Shown: positions 17,446 through 25,524, counted from the stretch's first letter. The stretch is 61,361 bases of DNA from Pyrinomonadaceae bacterium (GCA_046262195.1 JBHENG010000004.1:1-61361); one strand, 5' to 3'. Translations and numbers: made by a program. The notes: generated from the letters alone by a model not told the origin.

Positions 17446-20400
17446 ATGCGAAACGTACTATTGAAGTACTTATTGTCAAATAAAGGCACAGTCTGGAACA
17501 GGTATAACATCTCTGCCGTGTTCCTTCTTGTATTTCCCTTTTTTCCATTGGCCACTGTCGCGCAAACTCCATCGCCCGACCCTTTTTGGGGTAAGGTGCA
17601 AAAGTTGCGCGAGATCAAATTCGGAGAGACAGTCAGCGATATCGGTACGCCCGGAGCCTATCACGGATATCAGCTAACAATGGAGGCCGGGACGTCGGTG
17701 GAATGCAACCTCGGGGAGCGCGAGATCACAGTTGGGATGACGATGGTCATCCCGGACAAAGAGTACCCGGTGCCGGGTGATAGGGTGCCCGAATCAGTCG
17801 ATGTCGGACGAATCAGCTCATCTCAATACGGCCTTGTCGAGCCGGTGGTGATCGTGGCCGACAAAGCCGGAAAATATGTCATTAGGGCAATATTTACCGA
17901 AAAGGGCAGGTATTCTCTCAGCTGCGGTTTATCTCATCCTACGACCGATCGGGACAGGAAATACGCCGCAGCACAAAGGTTGTTCCTGGAGATAAGACAG
18001 GCGGTCGGGGCTCGCCGTAAGCCGCTGTCAGCTGTCGCCGACAAAATCAAAGAACGGGCCGGAATATATCGAAGCCTCGGTGATAAGAAGAGCCTCGCGC
18101 TAGCTCTAAATGACGTTGGATGGCTCCATATGGACGTTAATGAAACGGAGCAGGCTCTGGCGCATTTTCGGGAGGCGATGGATCTCTTTAAGTCTTTGGG
18201 CAGCAACGTTGACGTGAATCGGAGCCTTGTCAACTTCCGTTCGGTCTATGAATCGCAGGGGAATTATCAACAGATGGTAGACTACGAAAATCAGAGACTA
18301 ATGTTAAACCGCTCCTCGGGGTCTAAACGGCTGGAAGCCGACGCATTATTAAGTCTCGGTGTCATTTACCACCGGCTTGCAGATGAAACGAAGGCGCGGG
18401 AGTATTACGAACAGTTTTTCGGTATTCAAAGTGCTGTCGATCCCCCTACACTCGACTCGCTTAACGGCCAGGTTCTTTACTTCACAAACATGGCCAACCT
18501 TAGCCGCGGGATGAACGGCGGCGAGATACTTATTGATGCCTTTGGGCCGCGGACAGACGAGGACTATCGGAAAGCACTCGAGTACCTTACGCAATCCCTT
18601 GAGATCAACCGAAAGATGGAGACTCTATTTTCAACAACCGCACGTTTGCATACTTTCAATCTCTTGCAGATAGCGAATAGCTACAAGGAATTGGGGCAAT
18701 ATCCCGAGGCTCTGGAGTATTTGGATCGCTTCGCTGCAGCCCCGCGGTCTAACCGAGCCGGGGTGGCCATTCTTTACGGAAGTGTTTATGCACGGAAAGG
18801 AGACGTGGCGAAGGCTTCCGCGTACTTCGAGGACGTGATGAGGCTTCTGCGCGAAGGAGCAAACCCCGGAAATCATACCGGCTATCTGCAAAACATAGCA
18901 AAAGATTATTATTTTGCGGGCGAGTCACAGAAAGCTCTCGATGCATTGCAAGAGGCTCTCTTGATCGACCGGTCACGCCAGAATTCGATATCTGCGACGG
19001 ATTCACTTTTTCAAATTGCCCGTATCGAGCGGGATCTCGGCAATTTCAACAACTCGCGTAAGAACATTGAGGAAGCTATACAGATCGCCGAGACGGTACG
19101 CTCACGGATCACCGCCGACGAGCTGCGGACAACATACTTCTCCACGGCCAGGAGGTTTTACGAATTCTACGTGGACCTGCTGATGCAGGCCCGCAAGTCG
19201 CAGCCTGAGAAAGCGTTTGACGCGTTGGCCTTGCAAGCGAGCGAGAAGGCTCGATCCCGTAGTTTGTTGGATTTATTGACACTCTCTGGTATTGACATTA
19301 AGGAGGGTGTCGATCCTACGTTGCTCGCGCGCGAAAAATCGATTCGGGAAAGGCTCGCCCACAAGGCAAGCCAACAGAGTCGTTTACTGCTTGCGAAGCA
19401 TACCCCGGAAGAAGCCTCGAAGATCGGTCTGGAAGTTTCGGATCTCACGGGAGAATACCAAAAAGTTCAGGCTGAGATTAGAAATACGAGTCCGCGCTAT
19501 GCTGCCCTCACCCAGCCGACCCCGCTAAATACAAAGCAGATCCAGCAGCTCCTCGATTCGGGCACGATCCTTCTTGAATACTCGCTTGGCGAAAAGAAGA
19601 GTTATATGTGGGCGGTCACACCCGATTCGGTCACGAGCTTTGATCTGCCGGGGCGGGATGAGATCGAAAAGCATTCAAGAAAGGCGTATGGGCTGATGAC
19701 GGAGCGCAATCGTCAGGTAAAAGGCGAAACGGCTGCACAAGCCGGTGCAAGGGCGAAGGCCGCCGATGCCGAATATCCACGGGTGGCAGCCGCATTGTCG
19801 GAGATGCTGCTCGGTCCCGCGGCCGATCTGATCAGGAATAAGAGATTGCTGGTCGTGCCCGATGGCGCTCTAAACTATATATCGTTCGCCGCTCTGCCTT
19901 TGCCAAAAAATCGGGAGCCTAATACCGTCGCCGCAATGTCTTTGGGCGCATATCACGAAGTCGTTACGCTGCCATCGGCATCAACTCTCGCACGTCTGCG
20001 CGAAGAGGCTGTTGGCCGAAAGGTTGCGGACAAAATGGTCGCGATCTTTGCCGATCCCGTCTTTGGCACCGCCGACAGCAGGGCGGGTGTGCGGGCGAAA
20101 AGTCAGGCGACGAAAAACCAGTCGCAAAATGCTTTGTCCACGCGCGACTTCGAGCGAGCATTATCGGATGTCGGACTTGCCGCAAAGGGAACGGGGGGCT
20201 TGCCTCGGCTGCCGTTCTCGCGACGCGAGGCGGATGCGATCTTTGCCGTATCGCCAAAAAATCTGAGCCTGAAAGAAGTTGATTTCAAGGCAAGCAAGCA
20301 GGAGGTTTTTGGTGCGAATCTCGACCAATACCGCATTCTGCACTTTGCCACCCACGGTTTGCTCGATAGTCAGCATCCGGAATTGTCGGGCGTGGTTCTT

Positions 20401-20778
20401 TCGCTGGTGGATAAGAGCGGCAACGACATCGACGGATTTTTGCGGCTCCAGGACATCTACAATCTTAAGCTCAACGCCGATCTCGTCGTCCTGAGTGCCT
20501 GTAACACGGCGCTGGGCAAGGAGGTTAGGGGAGAAGGTCTGATCGGACTCACTCGCGGCTTTATGTATGCCGGAGCGCCGCGGGTTGTTGCGAGTTTGTG
20601 GAAGGTTGACGACGCGGCGACCGCCGAATTGATGGGAACATTTTATCGCAAAATGCTGGTTGACAATCTGCGCCCCGCAGCCGCTCTTCGAGCGGCGCAG
20701 ACAGAGATGATGAAGCAGCCGCGATGGCGCTCTCCGTATTATTGGGCTCCGTTCGTGCTGCAGGGCGAGTGGAAATGA
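17446..20778 (+). CDS. exported or anchored TPR-repeat CHAT-domain (caspase-like) protease
   Basis: ATG at 17446 is preceded by AGGAG. A hydrophobic N-terminal segment (ISAVFLLVFPFFPLATVAQ) is followed by a long TPR array. The C-terminal CHAT domain has His in HFATHG (20353-20355) and Cys in LSACNT (20500-20502). Confidence 0.85.
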   Translation: MRNVLLKYLLSNKGTVWNRYNISAVFLLVFPFFPLATVAQTPSPDPFWGKVQKLREIKFGETVSDIGTPGAYHGYQLTMEAGTSVECNLGEREITVGMTMVIPDKEYPVPGDRVPESVDVGRISSSQYGLVEPVVIVADKAGKYVIRAIFTEKGRYSLSCGLSHPTTDRDRKYAAAQRLFLEIRQAVGARRKPLSAVADKIKERAGIYRSLGDKKSLALALNDVGWLHMDVNETEQALAHFREAMDLFKSLGSNVDVNRSLVNFRSVYESQGNYQQMVDYENQRLMLNRSSGSKRLEADALLSLGVIYHRLADETKAREYYEQFFGIQSAVDPPTLDSLNGQVLYFTNMANLSRGMNGGEILIDAFGPRTDEDYRKALEYLTQSLEINRKMETLFSTTARLHTFNLLQIANSYKELGQYPEALEYLDRFAAAPRSNRAGVAILYGSVYARKGDVAKASAYFEDVMRLLREGANPGNHTGYLQNIAKDYYFAGESQKALDALQEALLIDRSRQNSISATDSLFQIARIERDLGNFNNSRKNIEEAIQIAETVRSRITADELRTTYFSTARRFYEFYVDLLMQARKSQPEKAFDALALQASEKARSRSLLDLLTLSGIDIKEGVDPTLLAREKSIRERLAHKASQQSRLLLAKHTPEEASKIGLEVSDLTGEYQKVQAEIRNTSPRYAALTQPTPLNTKQIQQLLDSGTILLEYSLGEKKSYMWAVTPDSVTSFDLPGRDEIEKHSRKAYGLMTERNRQVKGETAAQAGARAKAADAEYPRVAAALSEMLLGPAADLIRNKRLLVVPDGALNYISFAALPLPKNREPNTVAAMSLGAYHEVVTLPSASTLARLREEAVGRKVADKMVAIFADPVFGTADSRAGVRAKSQATKNQSQNALSTRDFERALSDVGLAAKGTGGLPRLPFSRREADAIFAVSPKNLSLKEVDFKASKQEVFGANLDQYRILHFATHGLLDSQHPELSGVVLSLVDKSGNDIDGFLRLQDIYNLKLNADLVVLSACNTALGKEVRGEGLIGLTRGFMYAGAPRVVASLWKVDDAATAELMGTFYRKMLVDNLRPAAALRAAQTEMMKQPRWRSPYYWAPFVLQGEWK

Positions 20779-20799
20779 GGTAGTCAATCAATCGGGCGG

Positions 20800-21354
20800 A
20801 TGAAGCAGTGGACGCTCTCGCAAAACTCCTTTGACCAGTTTTTATCGTGTCTTGATGCAGACCGCGACCTCGCCGGCCAGCAATACGAACAATTAAGGAC
20901 CCGCATTGTCAAATTTTTTGAGTGGAGGTCGTGCCTGGATCCCCACTCCCTCGCCGATGAGGCTTTTGACCGCGTGATCCGCAAGATCGACCAGGGCGAA
21001 AAGATAAACGACGTTCCGGCGTATCTCTACGGCGTCTCTAAGCTGCTTTACCTCGAGACCACAAAGCGCCAGCGACGCGAAGACCCGATCATCATTGACT
21101 TTCCCGTACAACCCAAGTTGGAAGAGGAAGACCCGCACCTACATTGTCTTGAGAACTGCCTTGCCCTGGTCTCGCACGATAAAAAGGAATTGATCCTCAG
21201 GTATTACGGCTTTGATCGCCAGGCAAAGATCGACGACCGGAAGAAGCTGGCTGATCATCTTGGGTTATCTATCAATGCACTCAGGATCAAGGCGTTGCGT
21301 ATCCGCTCACAGGTCGAGGAATGCGTTATGAGATGTGTTCGCGATGAGAAGTGA
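20800..21354 (+). CDS. ECF-type (group 4-like) RNA polymerase sigma factor
   Basis: 184 aa. The sigma2-like part is ..ADEAFDRVIRKI..YLYGVSKLLYLE... The sigma4 HTH is ..LILRYYGFD..KKLADHLGLSINALRIKALRIRSQV... It starts 21 nt after the CHAT gene. Confidence 0.7.
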   Translation: MKQWTLSQNSFDQFLSCLDADRDLAGQQYEQLRTRIVKFFEWRSCLDPHSLADEAFDRVIRKIDQGEKINDVPAYLYGVSKLLYLETTKRQRREDPIIIDFPVQPKLEEEDPHLHCLENCLALVSHDKKELILRYYGFDRQAKIDDRKKLADHLGLSINALRIKALRIRSQVEECVMRCVRDEK

Positions 21355-21402
21355 AATGTTTCAACGCAAAAAACCACTATTAACAGAAGCGAAGGCTTAA
21401 AT

Positions 21403-22347
21403 ATGAGCGCATACGACAACAAATTAGCTGCCGACTTCCTGCTCGGGCGGGTTTCTGAACAACAGCGAGCGAATATCGAACAGAGCTTCATTACGGATCA
21501 GCAAAGCTTTGAGCATCTGCTGCAGGCCGAGAATGATCTTGTCGACGACTATGTAGCCGATCGTTTGTCGGCGGACGACCGTCGACAGTTCGAATCAATT
21601 GTGCTCCCACGCCAAAAACAAAAGGTGGAATTTGCGCGGGCAATGGCAGCTTATGCAGCCGCGAATGCTACAGCCGACACACCAGCGCCCGCTGTCGAAA
21701 GCTGGCGAGAATGGTTCAGCGGTATCTTCACCATCGCTCCGGCTTACTCGGTCGGGTTTTCGGCCGCAGCCATTCTTGTTGCCCTCACGGCCATTTTTTT
21801 GTTGAACCGAACGTCGGAACCGGACCGCGCCGCCATAGACACACCAGCACCGCAGCAGATCGCTCCCACATTACCGCCAGAGCCCGGGCGGTCGACTGAC
21901 ACGTCCATCACCGTTCCCCCGTCGGTCACGGCCCCGGTTCGGGCTGAGAAACCTTCATCAGAACTGGCTCCGGCAACCCGTCCCAAGAATGTTCCCGCTG
22001 CTGAACACCAGCGATCAGTGACATCACTCATAGCGACCATCATGCTGGCTCCCGGCCTGACCCGAGGCGACGGTTCAAGCCCGGCGTCAGAACTCCCAAA
22101 TAAGGAGGGCGTCGTCCGTCTGCAGCTTCCGCCCGAACAGGGCGAATACCGCCGCTATGCGATCGTCGTCGAGACCGTGGACGGTCAGCAGGTCTGGAAC
22201 CAGCGTGTCTCCGCCGGAGCAGGCACGATCAGCACCACCGTTCCGCGAAAGCGGCTTTCACGCGGCGACTACATCGTCACGCTCAAAGGCATCGATGTCA
22301 CCGGTCTTGCCCAAACCCTCAACGAATATACATTTTCGATAAAATAA
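21403..22347 (+). CDS. single-pass membrane protein, putative anti-sigma factor
   Basis: It lies immediately downstream of the sigma gene. It has an N-terminal helical ~90 aa (..ADFLLGRVSEQQRANIEQSF..), a TM segment (VGFSAAAILVALTAIFLL), a Pro-rich linker and a C-terminal ~90-aa beta-rich domain. No HxxxCxxC zinc motif was seen. Confidence 0.55.
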   Translation: MSAYDNKLAADFLLGRVSEQQRANIEQSFITDQQSFEHLLQAENDLVDDYVADRLSADDRRQFESIVLPRQKQKVEFARAMAAYAAANATADTPAPAVESWREWFSGIFTIAPAYSVGFSAAAILVALTAIFLLNRTSEPDRAAIDTPAPQQIAPTLPPEPGRSTDTSITVPPSVTAPVRAEKPSSELAPATRPKNVPAAEHQRSVTSLIATIMLAPGLTRGDGSSPASELPNKEGVVRLQLPPEQGEYRRYAIVVETVDGQQVWNQRVSAGAGTISTTVPRKRLSRGDYIVTLKGIDVTGLAQTLNEYTFSIK

Positions 22348-22383
22348 ACACGTTTCGCACCGGCATAGATTACAATCCATTTT

Positions 22384-22647
22384 GTGAAACCTGGTGAGGA
22401 GCTTATTCAACAAGGTCTCTACGACCTAGCGAACGGTGAGGAGACCGTTGCCGCTTTGGTCGTAGCCATCGGAGCGCCCAGGCTTCGGCGCGTTGGTCTC
22501 ATGCTCCCCGCCCAACTGCCATCTTCGCCCGAACACCGGCTTTACGAAAAACTTCAATTGATCGATCCAGACTCGGCGCATTCACAGTACAATGCCCTGA
22601 TACGGAGATTAGTGAGCTTTGAACGAGCGGCGGAATGCGGAGTTTAA
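22384..22647 (+). CDS. small hypothetical protein, possible partner of the downstream nucleotidyltransferase
   Basis: 87-aa ORF with a GTG start and no clear RBS. It overlaps the next ORF by 13 nt. Confidence 0.35.
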   Translation: MKPGEELIQQGLYDLANGEETVAALVVAIGAPRLRRVGLMLPAQLPSSPEHRLYEKLQLIDPDSAHSQYNALIRRLVSFERAAECGV

Positions 22648-23162
22648 CCGACCGGGACAAGATCTCAAGGTTTATGCACGCGCTGGGCTCGCGCGTAAGC
22701 CTATCGGCGCGAGTCTATCTTACCGGCGGCTCGTCGGCGGTGCTTCATGGCTGGCGGCTGACAACGCTCGACATCGATTTGAAATTTATACCTGATCTGG
22801 ATGAGATCTTTCGTCAGTTGCCCAAACTAAAGGAAGAGCTTGAGATGAATATCGAATTGGCGGCGCCCTCGGACTTCATCCCTGAATTACCGGGCTGGGA
22901 AGAACGTTCTATTTATATTGGAAGCGAGGGGAAGATCCGCTTTTATCACTACGATCCGTACAGTCAGGCGTTATCGAAGATCGAGCGGGGACATACGCAG
23001 GATGTGGCCGATGTCGAATCCATGTTTCGCGACAAGCTGATCGACGTCGAGCAGTTATTGCGCCATTTTAAAGAGATCGAGTCGCGGCTTTACCGCTATC
23101 CGGCGATAAATCCCGACAAATTCGCTGCCAATGTGCGTGCGGTTATCGAACGATTTGAATAG
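22635..23162 (+). CDS. minimal pol-beta-fold nucleotidyltransferase (DUF6036-like)
   Basis: 175 aa. LTGGSSAVLHGWRLTTLDIDLKF fits the G[GS]-x(9-13)-D-x-[DE] nucleotidyltransferase signature. The family name is from memory. Confidence 0.6.
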   Translation: MRSLTDRDKISRFMHALGSRVSLSARVYLTGGSSAVLHGWRLTTLDIDLKFIPDLDEIFRQLPKLKEELEMNIELAAPSDFIPELPGWEERSIYIGSEGKIRFYHYDPYSQALSKIERGHTQDVADVESMFRDKLIDVEQLLRHFKEIESRLYRYPAINPDKFAANVRAVIERFE

Positions 23163-23196
23163 TCGGAAAAAATCGAAAAGGCGTGCGTTTGGTCAC

Positions 23197-23226
23197 GTAA
23201 AAGCCCTGCGCTTTTACTCTTTTTTC
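23197..23226 (+). terminator. hairpin plus T-run downstream of the nucleotidyltransferase gene
   Basis: GTAAAAG (23197-23203) pairs with CTTTTAC (23211-23217), followed by TCTTTTTT. Confidence 0.45.
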
Positions 23227-23255
23227 ACATTTTACCTTTTATAACGTTTAGCAAG

Positions 23256-23332
23256 TGGCGGGGCCGACGGGGCTCGAACCCGCGACCTCCAACGTGACAG
23301 GCTGGCGTTCTAACCAACTGAACTACGACCCC
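23256..23332 (-). tRNA. tRNA-Asp (anticodon GTC)
   Basis: A manual fold of the reverse complement gives GGGGTCG-TA-GTTC..GAAC-G-CCAGC-CTGTCAC-GTTGG-AGGTC-GCGGG-TTCGAGC-CCCGT-CGGCCCC-G-CCA. It is 77 nt with an encoded CCA. Confidence 0.9.
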
Positions 23333-23341
23333 GCGTTAGAC

Positions 23342-23413
23342 AAGGCAAAAGTCAAAAGGCAAAAGTCAAAATAAGAAGTGTTTCTTTGCCTTTTGACTTT
23401 TTACTTTTGCCTT
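23342..23413. repeat. heptamer/14-mer tandem repeat with inverted copies in the tRNA-Val/tRNA-Asp spacer
   Basis: AAGGCAAAAGTCAA occurs twice in tandem (23342-23369). Inverted copies TTTGCCTTTTGACTTTT and TTACTTTTGCCTT lie at 23385-23413. Alternative 15-17-bp stems are possible. Confidence 0.8.
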
Positions 23414-23419
23414 TATTTT

Positions 23420-23495
23420 TGGTGGGCACGAAGGGACTCGAACCCCTAACTTCCTCCTTGTAAGGGAGGCTGTCTACCAATTGACGTACGTGCCC
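23420..23495 (-). tRNA. tRNA-Val (anticodon TAC)
   Basis: The reverse complement folds as GGGCACG-TA-CGTC..GACA-G-CCTCC-CTTACAA-GGAGG-AAGTT-AGGGG-TTCGAGT-CCCTT-CGTGCCC-A-CCA. It is 76 nt. Confidence 0.9.
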
Positions 23496-23583
23496 AAGCT
23501 GCTGAAAAGAAGATGTTTTCGCACGCGTGCCCGACTTATTTTCAAAAAAAGGTCGCTCCATTTCGAAAAATGAGCGAACTGCA

Positions 23584-23612
23584 ATGCTACGAAGTTGAGT
23601 GTGCGATGTCAA
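23584..23612 (-). promoter_or_regulatory. candidate sigma70 promoter for the tRNA-Val/tRNA-Asp unit
   Basis: On the minus strand, TTGACA (23612-23607), a 17-nt spacer and TAGCAT (23589-23584). It lies about 90 nt upstream of the tRNA-Val 5' end. Confidence 0.5.
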
Positions 23613-23630
23613 GTTAATCGGCGGCGGGAA

Positions 23631-24638
23631 TCAGCCCCGTCGCATCAGCACTGGCGGGCCGCCATCTTTTTTATCAGGGCCATCGCGATAGGTCAGAACA
23701 GTGCCTCCAAAGCCGACCGCCCAGCCGCCGCCACCCGAAAACACGATCTTTTCAAGTCTGTGGGTTGTCCTGGAGTCAACACTCTGCCATGTCGTCCCCC
23801 CGTCGCGCGTACGGATTATCACTCCATTATCGCCCACGGCCCAGCCATTTGAAGCGGTGGTGAAATGTACATCATTTAGGTTTACGGTAACTCCCGAGTC
23901 CTGCTGCCGCCACAGCCTTCCGCCACCGTTGGACTTAAAGATCCGGCCCTTGGAGCCGACCGCCCAGGCACCACGTGTCCCGTAGAAGAAGATGCTGTTG
24001 AAGCGAGTATCTGTAAGGCCAAGCAGCGTGGCCTTTTCCCAAGTAAATCCGGCGTCCTCCGTAAACATGATCGTTCCGCCAGAGCCGACCAGAGCTCCGA
24101 TATCCGGGTCGCCGAATTCCCCGCCGAGCAGCAGATAATGGATGGCCGTTTTGCTCTTTTTCCACGATACACCATCTTCCTGGAGCTTAAAGAAAACCCC
24201 GCCTTCGCCAAAGGCCGTTGCTCTACCGTCATGGTTAAAGAGCAGCCGTGTAACACGCTCTCGGCCGCCATCTTCGAACTCTATCTTTTCCCACGTATGG
24301 CCGCCGTCAGTGGTTTTGCGCAGGTACGACGTGGCATTCGCGCCGCGATTGAAGATATTTCGTTCGCACAGCAGCCAGCCTATATTCTCATCGACGAAAT
24401 GGATTTGGAGGAAAGAGTCGGTCGTAAATTTCTTGGATTGGATCCACGTGGCCCCGCCGTCAGCAGTTGCCAGCAGCACACCGTCGGTCCCCGCTATCCA
24501 TGCCTTTTGCTCGTTTACAAAAAAGATGTCTTTGAACCAGGCAAATGTATTCGTATTTTGTTTTACCCACTCCGCCTGAGCAGTTTGAAAGCAAAACGCA
24601 ATGAGCATTAGGCAGATCAGCCTATGGATCTTTGTCAT
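23631..24638 (-). CDS. secreted BNR/Asp-box beta-propeller protein (Ycf48-like)
   Basis: Signal peptide MTKIHRLICLMLIAFCFQTAQA. Repeated Asp-box motifs are present: DGGATW, DGGHTW, DAGFTW, NGGGRLW, DGGTTW. Confidence 0.75.
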   Translation of the reverse strand: MTKIHRLICLMLIAFCFQTAQAEWVKQNTNTFAWFKDIFFVNEQKAWIAGTDGVLLATADGGATWIQSKKFTTDSFLQIHFVDENIGWLLCERNIFNRGANATSYLRKTTDGGHTWEKIEFEDGGRERVTRLLFNHDGRATAFGEGGVFFKLQEDGVSWKKSKTAIHYLLLGGEFGDPDIGALVGSGGTIMFTEDAGFTWEKATLLGLTDTRFNSIFFYGTRGAWAVGSKGRIFKSNGGGRLWRQQDSGVTVNLNDVHFTTASNGWAVGDNGVIIRTRDGGTTWQSVDSRTTHRLEKIVFSGGGGWAVGFGGTVLTYRDGPDKKDGGPPVLMRRG

Positions 24639-24647
24639 GGCTATTAA

Positions 24648-25466
24648 CTAAAAAGGGCTGCCAAATAACAGTCTCGCGGCGCTCGCTTTACCCAAAACAT
24701 CAAAGACCTTCTCAATAGTGAAGCCTTTTCCTGCTACCAACACCTGGTCTCCTGGATTGAGGTAAACCATGTCGGCCTTTCCATTCTCCATCTGAGACAG
24801 GCTGACAGTTTTTCGTGCCAGCTTTCCGTCCTTGGTGTAGCTAACGACATAGACCTTGTTCTTATCGCCGTTTTTTGTTACTCCGCCAGATTCAATAATT
24901 GCTTCGTATACACTTACCTTTCGGTCCATAACGCGCACGCCAGGCGCGGCAACGTTTCCCATAACGCTGTACCGGGTGTTCATTGCTTTATCTAACGTAA
25001 CGGTGACTTTCGGCTCGATAATATACTCGTCCAGTTTTCGGGTGATCTCCTCAGCGACTTGTTCGACGGTTTTACCTGCCACTAAGATCCCTTCGCGAAT
25101 GAGCGGATATGAAATACGGGCGTTTGGCGGCACGGTCTTTCCCATTACGCAGTATTCAGGACATTGACCGAATACCTCAACCGAGATCATGTCGCTAGGA
25201 CCCAACCGATATTCCTTTAGGTAATTACGATAATAAGGCAATATATCGTCAGCACCGTCTGCCTCATCCCAACCATTATCCGGCGTGGCGACACCTGCTT
25301 TTGGCGCAATGGATGGAGCAGCTTTACCCGCGCCACCAGCTCGATCCGAGGGGTTTAGGCTGTCCTTTTGCGCGGCCGCGGTCGTTTGTCCGAGACCGTT
25401 CATCGCAGCGAAGCTAATAACCAGAACCGTTAGTGAAAAAGTCCGAAAAAAAGTAGTCGCTTTCAT
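24648..25466 (-). CDS. polysaccharide export protein (Poly_export + SLBB, Wza-like periplasmic part)
   Basis: Signal peptide, then YRLGPSDMISVEVFG (the Poly_export signature) and SLBB-like ..GDQVLV... Confidence 0.8.
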   Translation of the reverse strand: MKATTFFRTFSLTVLVISFAAMNGLGQTTAAAQKDSLNPSDRAGGAGKAAPSIAPKAGVATPDNGWDEADGADDILPYYRNYLKEYRLGPSDMISVEVFGQCPEYCVMGKTVPPNARISYPLIREGILVAGKTVEQVAEEITRKLDEYIIEPKVTVTLDKAMNTRYSVMGNVAAPGVRVMDRKVSVYEAIIESGGVTKNGDKNKVYVVSYTKDGKLARKTVSLSQMENGKADMVYLNPGDQVLVAGKGFTIEKVFDVLGKASAARLLFGSPF

Positions 25467-25524
25467 TTCTATTTCCTCGTCGAATGATGAAACGTCTATT
25501 TACCTTACGAATCCAGTTTTGAGG

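Noticed and set aside
23352-23612. An 86-aa minus-strand ORF.
   Set aside because: It runs straight through tRNA-Val and the heptamer repeat. The tRNA fold is unambiguous.
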